Positions 35,865 through 50,300 of a DNA stretch of 64,000 nucleotides are shown in pieces. Every line of letters starts with the position of its first letter. Positions within the stretch are counted from its first letter, which is position 1. Under the pieces are notes generated by a model, which was not told the origin of the DNA, searched no databases, and saw only the letters and a list, made by a program, of their open reading frames with translations. This DNA comes from Selaginella moellendorffii (taxonomy: Eukaryota; Plantae; Lycopodiophyta): the NCBI RefSeq assembly GCF_000143415.4, contig NW_003314352.1, positions 488,278 to 552,277 of the forward strand. Direction: 5' to 3'. The translations under genes and the position numbers were made by a program.

Positions 35865-37900
35865 CGGGCTGCTCTCACGGGAAAGGTGGTGGCTGTGGTA
35901 GAGTCTCCTGCCAAGGCCAAAACAATAGAGAAGTACTTAGAAGAGAACTACGTGGCGAGCTATGGTAACATACAAGACCAAGCTCAAGTTAGCACAGGCG
36001 ATGGTTTTTGACTGGGGTGGAGTACGATAACCCTCCTGGAACAGATAAGTACACTCTCTTCAGCTTGCAAGCGTAATGGACAGCCTAGACGAGTACCAGT
36101 TTGGAAAATTCTTCCAGGTTGCTATACAAGCTTTCCGTTCAAGTTATTAACTCTGTGTGTTTCCACTTGAATGCAATCGGTGCAACGGTATGCGGTGATT
36201 GATTTGTCCAACTTCTATCTGGACATTTCGAAGGACAGATTATGCCTTGGGTGATCAAGCTTGTTTCGTTCGGATCTTCCCTCGTTTCTGATCAGTTTTC
36301 CTGCAGGGGGGCTATGATAAAGAAGAAGCTGCCAAACGGTTCTAGTTGCTGTATCTGGCCTGTGGAGGATCACCCGTTGTTCCACACCTGGCAAAGGACG
36401 CAGCTCTACCAGACGGGCTCCAAAGCCGAGAGCGTGTTTGAGGCGTGGTGGCCCAAACTAGACCCGTGATGGCGGACGATATCTGTGCGTTTTCACGAAG
36501 CTGTGGTCACTTCTTCTAGAGGTGAGAAACTCTCCTTGCGAATCAACGCTTGCAAGCCGTGACACTCGTTTGCATGCACAGCTCCAGGTGGAAGTTGACA
36601 AAGTCTTGCAGTCAGCAACGATGGCAAAGCTGATAGAACCTCGACGCAAAGGTTTGCCTCACTGGGAGGGGAGGACGATGTACCGCACTCCACACTCCAA
36701 GCAATTGCCTCCGCATTGATAAGCTACACGTTATATTCTTGACATCACAGGTAAGATCTTCCTCGTTAGATGTTTTCTATACGCACAGGGAGAAAAAAAA
36801 ACGCTTTCTTGTCTGGAAGTTGTCAATTGCGACGACGCAGATTATGCATACACGGGAGCTGCAAGCTGGAGGGATGAGGGCCAGAATGTGAGAGGTGTTG
36901 TAAGTACTCGCCAGCCGATCAAAACAGCACTCAAGGGAGCACAGGGGATGGTTCTAGTTTCTGATCCGGACAGAGGAGACAGGAAGTGAACCTGGAAGAT
37001 AAGCCAGGAGTTTGTGGACAAGAGCTTTACTGGACCGTGGACGCAGAGATTTATCCAGTGGGCAAGTGAGCTTTCCGGCATCGTAAAGCTTCTGCGCCAG
37101 CAGTATCTTTTTGGAAGCAAGCTTGGAGACGGTCAGCATGCAGCTCTCGGCTCAAGCCAAAAGAGAGATACGGCAAGAACTGGCACAGAAGCTTTACAGA
37201 GCATTCGAAAGCTTGGCGAGGAGATATACAGCAAGAAGTACGTCCTCAGCAGTCCCCGGAAGTTTTCACAGGAAGCTCCAAAGGTGATAAGACCGACAGG
37301 CATCGAGCATCTTCTACCAGAATGTTTTGAAGCAGGATGCGTTGTGGCTGTATGCTTTCATCTGGAGGAGAACGATGGTGTGTCAGCTGGAGCAAGCCGT
37401 GTTTAATCACGTCTCTCTGGACGTGGAGGATCTGAAAGCCATTGTGAGCCTGCGATTGACATCTAGCATGGAGTTTCCAGGCTATCAGATCGTCTACAGG
37501 GGCAAAGATGGCCTTGCCAGTGAAAACGAAGACGAAGAATCAGGCACGGAGAAGAACCTCCCATCGCTCAAAGCTGGCAGCTGCGTCTCGGCCATGGACA
37601 TCAAGCACAAGCAGCACTTCACCGAGCCGCCAGCTCGATACACCGAAGGAAGCCTTGTGAAGAAAGAAGGTGGAAGAGCTTGGGATTGGGAGGCCATTGA
37701 CGTACGCTCACGTCCTCAAAACTCTCCAGCTGCGGCAGTACATGCAAATCGAGAAGCAGCACACGTGTCCGAGGCAGTGGTCTTGTCACGCTACTTCACT
37801 AAGGTTCTGGACTACGGCCGGCCAAGGTGGAGGAGCAACTCGACGCTGTTTCATCCGGGAGCATGAGGTGGAACGCATTGTTGTAGCAGTTATGGCCAAA
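35865..37900 (+). pseudogene. Type IA DNA topoisomerase (organellar topA-like) fragments
   Basis: VVESPAKAKTIEKYL..VASYG, SDPDR, QEAPKVIRPT, LYAFIWRR, HFTEPPARYTEGSLVK, MEELGIGRPLTYA; frameshifts. Confidence 0.88.
36060..36650 (+). pseudogene. Isoleucyl-tRNA synthetase C-terminal fragment embedded in the topA relic
   Basis: YQFGKFFQ|..VIDLSNFYLDISKDRL, LWSLLLEVR, EVDKVLQSATMAKLI; residual GT-AG introns. Confidence 0.75.
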
Positions 37901-38290
37901 CTTCGATGACAAAGGTAGCAGACATGCAACAGGTAGACGACTAGCTTTCTGGCCCATGCGGTTTTGACCCGCCAAGGTTGCTCGCCAATGTTTCCAAACC
38001 TTATAGAGCTCTTTCTCAATTGTGTGAAAGTCCTTGTGTAGATCACATCTTGGATCTGGATAGCCTTCATGAGCATGGGACTATAGACTTAAGACTAAGG
38101 CAAAATCTTTTGGACCACAAAGACTGCCGTATGGACGAAGCCTTCACGAGCACGGAGGACTCTTTCTCCTTTTTCTTTGCCCCTGACACAGACTACTAGC
38201 TTTCCGGCCGCTTGCTCCACATAAAAAGGAAAGCATTTCGAGCAGAGGTTTGTGGCAAAGAGAAGAGAAGAGATTTAGTTCATTGCAGGC

Positions 38291-40560
38291 ATGGGAGGGG
38301 CTCTTGTTCTTGGTGCTTATGTAATGCTCTGCATTTCAGCTTGTATCCAGGCATGGGAAATGTATGAGCTCCAGGCTTTGCTTGCGTTTAAAGGAGGTTT
38401 ATCAAATCACACCACTCTATCCAGCTGGACAATGGAAAATTCTCATAATCTCTGTGTGTCTTGGGAAGGAGTGATCTGCAATAATGTTACTGGTCAGGTT
38501 ATAATGCTCGATTTGCGGGATCTCAATCTATCAGTCTGGAAGTATCCAAGTTGAAAAATCTGGAGGTGCTTGACCTCTCTTTTAATAACTTGATTGGCCC
38601 TCTACCAAAAGACTTTGGAGTGATGAAGAAACTGAAAGAATTGTATTTGTCATGTGAAATTTCAGAATTTACTGGCAATTTCTCATCACTTGAGATTTTC
38701 AGGGATGACTTTGGTATCGGAGGAATACCCAGGTCAATTGGGCAGCTAAACAACCTACGTCACCTTGAAATTTATTTTGGCAATATTTTTGGGTCAATCC
38801 CTGAGGAGCTTAACTGCAGTAAGCTAGAGGTGATACACATTGAACCTAGTAACTTTTTGAAGGTTTTATACTAGTATCACTCATGCATCTTCCTCTTCTC
38901 AAAGTTTTGTCTTTGAGTGGTTTGAATGGTACTCTGCCAATCCCAAAAGATATATGGAACTTGACTCATTTGGAGGAGCTTCATCCAGAGGATTGCTCCT
39001 TGACAGGCTCATTACCACCACAACTTGGTGTTCAATTTAGAATTCTGGATTTGTCCTACAACTTTCTATCAGGTGATATTTAAGTAATCTCTAGAGTTTA
39101 AATCTCAGTCACATCATGTTTGGCAGCAACATACAAATCAGCTTAGGACTAATGGGAGGACTAATGAACCTTCACCTGAGCAATAACAGGTTCGGTGGTA
39201 CTATACCAGTCAGCTTAGGACAAATGGGAGCACTAATCACCCTTGACTTTAGATATAATATTTTCACAGATAGTATACCAATGATCTTGGGACATTTATC
39301 AAATTTAAGTTATCTTTCCTTGGGTAACAATTTGTTGACTGATGCTATACCAATGAACTTACAAATTTCTTGACAACAGTTTCAATTGAACAATTGTATC
39401 TATCAGGGAACAGATTTAATGAACGTATGCCACCCATTTCAAGGGACGTGCAATTCCTAGATTTGCCAGAGAACATGCTCACTGGGGAAATATTGAGAAT
39501 AAGTACTGGGCCTTCATGTAATTTGCATGAATTGGATGTAAGAGGTAATAGATTAGTTGGGGCTCTACCAAATTGGCTCAAGTGATCTATATCTTCTTTG
39601 GGTTGATAATAACTCTTTGAGTGGAAATCTTGCCATAGATGTCTTCCAAAACATGAAAATTATCTATTATATTTCACTCTCACATAATAAAATTTGAAGG
39701 TGAACTACCACAAATTCTATCAGAAGAAATCATATATCTTATCATTAGTGATAACAGGTTTTTTGGAAAAATTCTGTACTTTCTTTTACATTTCAAAGAT
39801 CTCAAAATGCTGAGCATGGGTGGAAACAGATTCCATGGACCAATACCTGATTGGTTGTGGAACATGACCCACCTTCACGTCCTTGACCTCTCAGGCAACA
39901 AATTGAAGGATGTCTTTCAGATTCTATAAGCAAATCACATGCATTTAATTCCTTTTCATTCGAGTCTTGGCCGGGTTGTCAAGATTGGCCACCAATATTG
40001 CTTATGATCAAAAGAAGAGAAGTACAATTTAAATATATGGACCTAGATACCTCCCTTGATCTGTCATCCAACCAATTGACAGGAGTGATTCCTCCAAGTT
40101 TGGGTGAGTTGGTGGGACTTTGCATCCTCAATCTCTCCCATACCCACTCTTCTGGAAACATTCCCCAAACTCTGGGCAAGATGGTATAGCTAGACTTCTC
40201 CTTTAACAACATTATTGGACCCATCCCCAACACACTTCAAGAACTTCATTCATTGGTAGTTCTGAATCTTTCATTCAATAGGCTTGAGGGCAAGATTCCA
40301 TTTGGCCCTGGGCAAATGATCATATTTGACAAGCGAGCTATCTGGGAAATCCAGGCTTGTGTGGAAAGCCACTTGACAAAGAGTGTCTCAGTAACAGTAG
40401 CTCCACCTTATTAGTTTATGAGCACTTCAGTAGCAGCAGTTGTTGGTGGCAGGAAAATATATCATTGTGGGCATTTACACTTGGCTTCACTATATTGTTG
40501 ATTTCACTTGTATAGACATGCATATTTGAAGCATATACACGGGCATATTTATAAGGGGTT
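38291..40560 (+). pseudogene. LRR receptor-like protein pseudogene (signal peptide, LRRNT, LRRs, TM, no kinase)
   Basis: ALLAFKGGL..SSW..CVSWEGVICNNVTGQVIMLDL; repeated LxxLDLSxNxLxGxIP; YLGNPGLCGKPL; hydrophobic tail; many stops and frameshifts. Confidence 0.9.
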
Positions 40561-40878
40561 AGGGTTTGTGGGTGGACTTGTTGGTTAGCCTCGACACATT
40601 CCACCAAATTATCGATTAGTAACGAGTAGAATGGGAGCTCTTAAGCTTATTCTTGGCAGTATTTCTGGCTTTCATTGCCCCAGATAGGATATTGTGTGAA
40701 ATTTTTGGGCTAGGGGTGATGGCACAAATTAGGAGTAGAAAATGAGGCTAAGAATGTGACAAATCTTTAGAGGAAGACCTATACCAAAGAAATATAAGAA
40801 AAATGCTAGATCCAAGCAGTAAGCAATGTGATGACACTACCAATGTTGTGAGGAAGAAGGAACAAAAGAAAATGGAAA

Positions 40879-41351
40879 TGTCGCAAATGTAACTTTAAGT
40901 ATCAAAAGTTATTTGTCGGTTAGTCCTTTTGGATATTCTTTCCTTACTGCCACAATGTTAGGAAGTCAGTATTGCTAGACCTTTTATTAATCTCCATTTG
41001 AGTTAGTTGAGAAACTGGTCAATGCTCATACACTTAAATTGGATAAACATAAGGTAGGAACCCTATGTGTTTCTTGCTGAGCATACTTAGCTTGGTTTGA
41101 GAAACTTGTGTCATTGGCTTGCACTTGGTAGTATCAAGAACCCCCGCAATATTGAGATTGGTCCCTTAATATTCGCTAAATGATAGTTTACCATGTCTGC
41201 CAAACACCCTCGTTATCATGCCCTTTATGTTAGTCCTATTCAGTCTTAATTGTTATTTATGGAAAGTGTCTAGATTTGCTAATTTAGCATATCTACAAAA
41301 TGTAGAGATTCTTCTGAATATAATGGTGTTGGTCCCACATCCAAATTCACA
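40879..41351 (+). mobile_element. Solo LTR of the family at 54.2-64 kb
   Basis: TGTCGCAAATGT...AAATTCACA; reverse complement of 54209-54695. Confidence 0.8.
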
Positions 41352-42549
41352 ATCTAACACTATTTTATATTTAGTAAGTTTCAAGCTTATCCCAGAGACT
41401 AGCTCTTGGTACTAAAGGTAGCTAAGAGTGAAAGCCAAAAGTATATGTTCCTCACCATAGGATAAAGAGTAAAAACCATATGTGTTACAGGAAAGCAACG
41501 AAGCCCCAAGGAAGTTATAGCTCTAGAATGTGAGAACTGGATCGACCTAGTGTTCATGTATCTGGGAGTTCTCAAAAGATCACAAATCAACTAAGTGATT
41601 ACAAAACATGATGAGCGATGGACATTCTCACATTTAAGGTTGCATTGGTGCTGAGAACTTTGAAGCAAGGAAACTAGTGAGGGATAGATGACTTGTAGAA
41701 GAGCTCCACAACTTGCTTTGCCTTTGGGCATAACAAGATTGCAAAAGGTGTGTGCTTTTGCAATTTTTCTTTTCTTTATATGTTAGACTATTTTTCTCTT
41801 TTGATTCTTCATAGGCACACTCAAGCAAAATGATGAATATGTGTTTCCAATAATGCAAAGCAGCTGATCTTCCATGAGATACAGTTTCTAAAGGCTGCTG
41901 GAGATTTCTACCAAGAAGAAATTGGCCAAGTAAGTTCTTCTAAATGTAATATCGGTTTTGAAAATGTTTAGTGCTCGTCTAGGATTCCTTAGATGAACTC
42001 CATTCTGTTCCCATGACATTGGAATACTACTTGGAGGGCATTCAATACCTTAAAATCGACTATCTTCAAGCTTTACTCCAAGAGAGTTATCCTTTGATGG
42101 ATCCTAAATGATCAACAAATATATTTTACTCGTTTCTTGTTCCGTTTGACTACCCTCTAGATACGCACTTGAGAGTTATCCTTCAACAGATTACAAACGA
42201 TCAACAAGTATATTTTACTCACTTCTTGTTCCGTCTAACTACCCTCCAAATACGCTTTGGTTTGAGATGCTAGTAGCTGATCAGGCAGTGGTTTGGAGAA
42301 AGGAGTGGCTGTCAAAACCAAAATCCAGCAGACATGTGAGGTTGAGCAAAATCCTCAAGACACAAGAAAAAGGCTGAAGTAATAGCTGCAACTGCCATCG
42401 ATTCCTCCAAAGAGACGATAGATCCAAACCTAGCCCCCATCTCGAGCCCAACATCCCCCTCAGGCACTATTGGGCATTGCTCCATAATATAGCTAATTTC
42501 TATCATATTTGCAAATATGTGAGTAGCTATGGTGTTTCTTATGGCATTT

Positions 42550-42740
42550 GAGGTGGTGGCAGTAGCACTAGTGGCAGCAATGATAATGACGACAGTAGTT
42601 GCAATGGTGTTGATGGTGGTGGCAATGGCAATCATGATGGTGGTGGTGGTAATGGTGGTGATGAAGCTAGTGGTGGCAATAGTGGTGAGGGCAGTGGTGG
42701 CAATAATAATGATGGTGGTAGCAATGGTGGTGGTGGTAGG
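42550..42740 (+). repeat. Degenerate (GTG/ATG/GCA)n trinucleotide low-complexity tract
   Basis: Direct reading. Confidence 0.8.
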
Positions 42741-44739
42741 AATGGGGGTGTATTTAGGTTGGAGCCATCTTGTAGTGGATGTAGCAGTGTGGAGGGTAGA
42801 GTTGTCACCCTAGAAATCTCAATCTGAAAGTCACATTGGTTCTTGCCTTGGACCTCATCTTCCTTATGTATTGTTCTCTTTGATGCAACATCCTTATCCT
42901 TTTGTAGTTGTTTTTATTTCTGAAAAAAGGAAAAACTTATTAAAAAGAAAAGAAAAGAAAAGAAACATGCATAGTGGCTAGAGACGACACTAGCGTATTG
43001 AGCGCAGGCAGTTATGGGCAGGCTGCTCTAGCCAGACTACATGGCACCTAGCCCGGCCTTGTCCACTAGTATGCTGGTGTACCGGGTGTGGGCAGTGGTA
43101 GGTGGGCCACTCAAGCAAGCCCATACAGCCTAACCCAGTGTCTGGCCTGTGTGCTGGCATACTGGCAAATGTGGGCTGGGCACTGGGTCTAGGCAAAGGT
43201 GGGCCAGCTGCTTGGGCAAGCTCAGCCCAACCTGGTGCTTGGCTTGTGTCTATCCCGGGCCTATATTGGTCCACATGGCAACACAGTGGCGTGAGGGCGG
43301 TGTGCCTAGCCCGGTTTGCATGGCAGAACACAAATGCAAGTGTGGCAGGCACCACAAGTGATATGGGTGGTGAGTGAGGAGATGGTAGCGAGTGAGGCTG
43401 AAGCAAGGCAACAAGCGAGGCAGTGTTGAGGTGGTGCGATGAGGCAGATCAAGGCTGTGTAGTGGATGTGTTTCGGTGATTGTTCGGTGAGGAGACTCTG
43501 GAAACATTCTTTTGTCCAGCCACACAATGATCTTCTGCAAGATCGTGGTTATCAAGTGCATCTCAAGGTCCAGTCATATTCAGCTGGATTAACACTTGGA
43601 GATGCCACTCTATTGCGAGGAGGAGAAGGAGAAAAAAAATCTTACTTACCCTTGGTGGCATTGTTCTTGATGTTGACAGATCCCACTAAGTTGCTCTCAA
43701 TCTCCCACTCTACTTTCTGCAAAATCCCTAATGTTGAGAGCTGCTCTAACCATAAATTAACTTTCATCACATCCATTCATTAGGGATGGAGTAAATCTCA
43801 TATGTCTGTTTCTTTTTATAATTATTTCCTAGCAATCTAAACTTTCTACTCCTTCCTAGATTTGATAATGTGACAAAATCCGAATTATAACCTAATAATA
43901 CAGGTCTGCCATAATATGATTGTGCCATAATGTGGAATAATGTAACAGCCACATATGTGGAATTGATAGTAGTACAAAATGATAAATAAGAATTATGTGT
44001 TTTTTTGCATGTCATAGAATCTTGTCATAAAATGTTAGGTTTTTATAACATAAATTTATATAATTATTTTACTTATTCTACATTCTTATCATATGAAGGT
44101 GCTATTTCTAAAGCAATGTGATAGATAATTTACTATAGGGTATAGATGGTAGTACACAAATGGAATATATTGAAATGAGTATAGAAGAATGGGCTTTTAT
44201 CATATATACAATATTTAAGACTAAATTTTTTTTTCTAGTGTATAATTTGTTTTGCAACAGTTGATCAATAGTAGATCCTAAAATAAAATCATTCCTATCT
44301 TTCACATTATGGCACGTGCTTGAGGTGATATTTCTTTCTGTTCCACTAAAAGTTAATCTATACAATAACTTCAAGCATGTTTTTGATATCAATGTATACA
44401 GACTTTTAAGGTTGTACAACATAGTCCTCTATGCTTCAGATAAACTTTATATAAAAGCATTGATCAATGGTAAATCCTAGGATATAATATTTTTTATTAG
44501 ATGGCTTATGTTTGAAGTGACATTTCTTTTCATTTAACTCTAGTTACTTTGTATAATAACTTTAAGCATGTTTTTGAATCTGGTATAAAGATTATACCAA
44601 TCTAAACTTTTAAGTTTAGGCTAGTCTTTTTATACTTTTAGTAGACCTTATCATAAAAGTTTGGAAATCGAAACCTAAAGGCAACAAAATGGAGAGCTTT
44701 CTTCTGCATTACCAAGATCACCCACCACTTTCATCAAGA

Positions 44740-47330
44740 GAAGTCCGTCTACCCAAATTAGACAAAGCCAAAGAGGGATTTTGGCAAGGCTAGTGATGGG
44801 CATATAAAGGCCCATAAGTAGCAACAGTGATCCTAGTGTGTGGGATCCCAAGGTGAGCAAACCCGGATTGAGGAACCACTCTCTAGGCTATCGGCTAGAT
44901 TCATCCCTATGAATACTTGCCAAGGCATGATAGAAAGTGCAAAACTATCTTCCTAGTTTGGAGGAGAATAACCAAAGGAAATGTATGAAGCCAAAAGGCA
45001 AGTAGTATAGGGATAGAACTGAACCATAGGAATTGACAGGCATGACCAAGGGTGGTTATGCAAATTGGGAGTGGAGAATCAAGTGGGTGCTCAAGGATGT
45101 TGTTACTAGTAGCCGGGATGCCATGGAGAGTCTAAAGCATGGGATTGTCCATGTTAGACTATATGGTAATTGGCAAGCTTGCAAAAGGAGAGGCATTAGC
45201 AAGCCAAGGAATAGAGTTCCTTGAATGTTCCTTGACTAGGTAGATAAGTACCTAGTCAGCCAAGTGTAAATGGTTCATAGAACACGCGAAATCAGAGTGG
45301 CACAGCAGAAGCGTGGTCTTGAAGCTTGCCATGAGGCAAGGCTATCAAGATTGGGGAAGTAGTTCCCAAGTGTTCAAAGAGAGGGTTTTGAATGAAAGTT
45401 GATGGTTAAGGACTTTTACGCTTATGCATGAACCATGTTACGGTGGCTGAATGACTTGCTAAGTGAGATTGGCAAGTCGAGGGGGGACAAATCCCCTAGT
45501 TGAAGGTGCTAACTTCAAAAGGGGTGGCCCATGGGGGCAAGCATGGAGGAGTCCATGCATGATCACAGACTTGTCAAGCGAGAGGACTTGGCAGTGCGGA
45601 GGAACTAGGTTCCTAAGCTGTGATCTATAGCGCGCTTTAAGTACATATTGGTGCACCAGCGTGGGGAGTCACGCCAGGCATCCTATGTGATGCCATCCAT
45701 AGATGCATATACGGAGGTTGGGTTTGAGTCCCAACCTCAATGTAACAATGTCCTCAACCTCATGTAAAATGTTTTACACCAATCCAGCATTTATCGATAT
45801 TATTATCAATTACTCTGCAATATTTTTGTAGTCTTTAAGTGAGGCTCCGACTTGAAAGGTTGAGAGCGGGAGTGGAACTCCCAACGGAGTGCTCAAGGAA
45901 CTAGCATGAGGTGAGCAATAAGTGAGGCTCCAAAAAGGGACCCAAAAGGACCAACACATGACATGTGAAAGTGTCCAAGATAGAGTTTGAGATGGACCCG
46001 AGTTGGAGTCCGAGGTGGAGTCTGAGATGGAGTTCGAGATGGACCAAGATGGAGTCCGAGATGGAGTCCGAGATGGACCCGAGATGGAGTCCGAGATGGA
46101 GTCCGAGATGGACCCGAGTTGGAGTCCGAGGTGGAGTCCGAGATGGAGTCCGAGATGGAATTTGAGATGGAGTTCGAGAAGGACCCGAGATGGAGTCTGA
46201 GGTCAAGACCGAGACTGGGACTGAGACCGGGACCGAGACCGAGACCGAGACCGAGACCGCGACCGAGACCACGACCAAGGTCGAGGCCGAGGCCGAGTCC
46301 AAGTCCGAGTCCGAGTCCGAGTTCGAGTCCGAGTCCGAGTCCAAGTTTGAGTTCGAGTTTGAGAGGGTGAAAGACCAAAGCGTTCGTCTCCCAAACCCTA
46401 GGGGGTTTGGTGAGCTCCAAAAGTATAGTAAGGGGGAGGACTGCAGTGGAGCCAGTTTGGCCAGGAAAGGCTAGTTTGGCAGAGGAAGGCTAGACCCAGT
46501 GTTGGGTGATGAATTGACCACTGGGAAGTCCAAGACTAGAGTGAATACGGATCGACAAGTGGGGTAGCTTGGTGAAGTGTTCAAGAGTGGGCTCTAGTTC
46601 CCCCGGGAGATCGACTGGCCGATGCTCCCAGTCCAAGTGTGGGTGGCACTACCTACTTGGATACCTAGTGTGGCTCAACGAAACCTCGCTCTAAGCCCAT
46701 GGCTAGAGCACCCAAAGGCGGAAGGCGGGGAGAGTACTCACGAGGCTTGCGTAAGGCCACGGTGTTCCGAAGTGTTGTCCCAAAGGCCTAGACTATGGAA
46801 AGGAAGAGTAGTCCTTTGGTGTAGTGACCAAGGATACAGTCGTGCGGTGAGGAAGTCCCAAAGGACCATGGGACTTACTGGTCGGGCCTGTGGGCCCTAA
46901 TCCAGTGGCAGTGTTGGCGAACACGGCCAAGGATAGAAAGGGACTTGGTGGGGACCAGAAAGGAGATATTGGGGAAGGCTATTCCCCATGTCTGCGGGCA
47001 TCCTAAGGATGCTAAAGAGTGGATCTGGGATGACCACTCATGGACGGATGGCCCAGTCTTGGAGAGACGAGATTGCAATGTAGGTGGTGTGGGACCACCG
47101 ATGTGACCAAGGTGATTGGGCATGGCTTAGCGTAACAGGCTGGTATGTTGGTGGTGCCTTGGGGTGTCAGTCATGGGACCGGACACATGGAGCACTGGGA
47201 CCAAGTGCAAAGGTTGAGTGGCATGGATGCCATTCTCGGGGCTAGCAAGCCCCAAGTCCTGAGTGGGACTTATGGAGGTTGTAAATGAGACTCCTCCAAG
47301 TGGTCGGAGGTGTGGTTAAGTGACTAAAGT
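44740..47330 (+). mobile_element. LARD fragments: internal piece (44740-45738) and truncated LTR (45845-47330)
   Basis: Collinear with 26860-27855 and 29457-31172; visibly diverged. Confidence 0.88.
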
Positions 47331-50300
47331 CTCGGACTCCATCTTCTCGGGTCCATCTCAGACTCCACCTCGGACTCCAACTCGGATTCATCTCGGGTCC
47401 ATCTCAGACTCCACTTCAGACTCCAACTCAGGTCCATCTCAGACTCCATCTCAGACATTTCCACATGTCATGTGTTGGTCCTTTTAGGTCCCTTTTTTGG
47501 AGCCTCGCTTATTGTTCGCTTCATGCTTGTTCCTCGAGCACTTTGTTGGGAGTTCCACTCCTGCTCTCAACCTTTCAAGTCGGAGCTTTTGGTCCAAATG
47601 TGTTATGCTCGTTTGGCTTTCACTTTGGCCACCACGTGGCACCCTTCTGGCTCCACTTTGGGGCGTAGGGGTTTTGTGTCTCACAACTCCACCACCTATA
47701 GACGAAGTTCGATGTCCTCATTGAACGGTAAACCCTTTTATAAAGTAACACTAACATGTATTACCCTTTCCATTCTTGGCACCTCATTAATATTCGTCAA
47801 TATTTTGATACTGAAGGCTCACCATACCTTACCCATCCTCTAAGGAGGGTAGTATTTCCAACTTAGAGACTGATTGGACCACTTGTAGTGGTTCTCTCTT
47901 TTTATTGGTTTAGTTCTCGCTAAACCTCTTAAAGACACCGTCTATATCTAAATCCCACTACTCCTTATCGAGTAGTCTTAGTTTCCATCGATTGAACGTT
48001 TGCACTTTGGAACTTTTACTTTTTTTTTGACTCCTTGAAGTCAATTTCCTAGGTGTCTCCAACACCTTGCATTGCACATATTGTGCATCTCCACTTCCCC
48101 ATCCTAGGAAGTTCTCTACTTGAGGGCACCATTATCCTTTCTTCTATTTTGTGCCACCTTAGGCACTAAGTTCCAGTTATCATACTTTGTGCTAGGGCTG
48201 TCCATGGCCCTATCATTTGGCTACCTTATCGCTCCCTCTCTTAGAGCTTCTACTTTCGCCAAATCGGAGCAATTGGGAATCCATCCTTGGAAACACCTTA
48301 CCTTTTCCACAATTCGTTAGCCCCCAACACATTAATGTTCTTGGCTTAACTTTGCCTTTTGGATTCTTTCCCATGGTCCCCATGGCTCTTTTCTTAGCCA
48401 TTAGTCTTTTGCTTCTATCTTTGATTGTTGCACCTAGCAACATCGGATCACTACCTCCATTCTCGAGATATCCTTTTGGTTCCATAGCAAAGACTTTGCT
48501 TTGTTAAGTCCAGAGGGGTGTTCACCCCTAGTAAGTCTCTTTAGCATTTTCTGCTGTGGGCTCTATCCCTAGCCTAACTTTGTGACCCTCCCATGGGTCT
48601 CTTATAGAGACTACTTTCTTCAGACTCACTATGCCATTGCATAGTCACAAATCATTTCCCTCAGGTGTTCTCCCCACTTGGTCACCTTGACCAAGCCACA
48701 CCATCGTCAATAGTTCAAACCAACACTTTGAACTAAGAACTTTATCCCTTAACTTCACAAGGACCTTATCCTTGTTTTAGCCATAAGATCACCTAGTGAT
48801 TTAACCTTGGTACATTAACAGGTTTGTCAATAGGTACTAAGTCCTTTAGACATTTAAGTTGTTCACCATGACCTCGGGGGCATCCCCCACACTTGGTGGT
48901 GCACCTAAGCCAGCCCTTCTGGCTGAGGGTCTATAGCAACTAAGACTGGGTGTCCCCATTTCATTCACCACGTCCTTGGTGCCACTCGCACCAAAGTGTT
49001 TAAGTTAGATATGCCGAGCCACACTAAGCAATTTAACTATGCATCACGACTCCAAGGCATCCCTTGCTTGGCAGTGTGCCCAAACCAATCTCCTCACTGA
49101 GAGTCCATGACCATTGAAAAATGAGTGTTCTCATATTCCAAACCATCATCACGCCCTAGTGATTTGGGACTCGAACCCAAGCACTAGAGGGTTGGGACTC
49201 GAACCCAACCTCCGTATATGCATCTACGGATGGCATCACATAGGATGCCTGGCGTGATTCCCCATGCCGGTACACCAATATGTACTTAAAGTGCACTATA
49301 GATCACAGCTTAGGAACCTAATTCCTCCGCACTGCCAAATCCTCTCGCTTGACAAGTCTGTGATCATGCATGGACTCCTCCATGCTCGGCCCCATAGGCC
49401 ACCCCTTTTAAAGTTAGCACCTTCGACTAGGGGATTTGTTCCCCTAACTTACTAATCTCACTTAGTAAGTCATCCGGCCACCGTAACATGGTTCATGCAT
49501 AAACGTGAAAGTCCTTAATCATCGACTTTCGTTCAAAGCCCTCTCTTTGAACACTCGGGAACTACTTCCCCAACCTTGATAGCTTTGTCTCATGGCCAGT
49601 TTCAAGACCACGCTTTTGCTGTGCCATTCTGATTTTGCGCGCTCTAGGAACCATTTACACTTGGCTTTCTAGGTACTTATCTACCTAGAATTGTCTTTGG
49701 GAACCTTTATGGAATTCTGTTCCTTAGCTTGCTAAAGCCTCTCCTTTCGCAAGTTTTTCAATTGCTATATGGTCTAACATGGACAATCCCATGTTTTAGA
49801 CTCTCTATCGCATCCCAGCCGCTAGCAACAACATGCTTGAGCACCCACTTAATTCTCCACTCCCAACTGGCATAACCACCATTGGTTATGCAATTCAATT
49901 TTTATGGTTTGGTTCTATCCCCTTATTACTTGTTTTTGGCCTCACACTTTTCCTTCGGTCATTCTCTTCCAGCCTAGGAGGATTGCTTTGCACTTTCTAT
50001 TATGTCGTAACAAATATTCTTAGGGATGAACCTACCCGATAACCTAGGGAGTGGTTCCTCAATCCGGGTATGCTCAACTTATAATCCCACACACCGGGAT
50101 TAACGTTGCTACTTATGGGCCTTTATATGCTCATCGCTAACCTTGCCACAATTCCATTTTAGCTTTGTCCAATTCATGTAGACAGTTTTCTCTTGTCTTT
50201 GCAACCTTAGATGTTTGGATAGCACCTTTTATCCATCATTCGCTAGGGACTTAGTCCCTTGGGCCTTATCTATTGCCCTCGCGACACTAAACACCACCTC

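Noticed and set aside
35865-37900. Bacterial horizontal transfer or contamination (topA, ileS)
   Set aside because: Residual spliceosomal introns; plants encode organellar versions of both in the nucleus.
42529-42813. Hydrophobic Val/Met-rich ORF
   Set aside because: Translation of a trinucleotide low-complexity tract.
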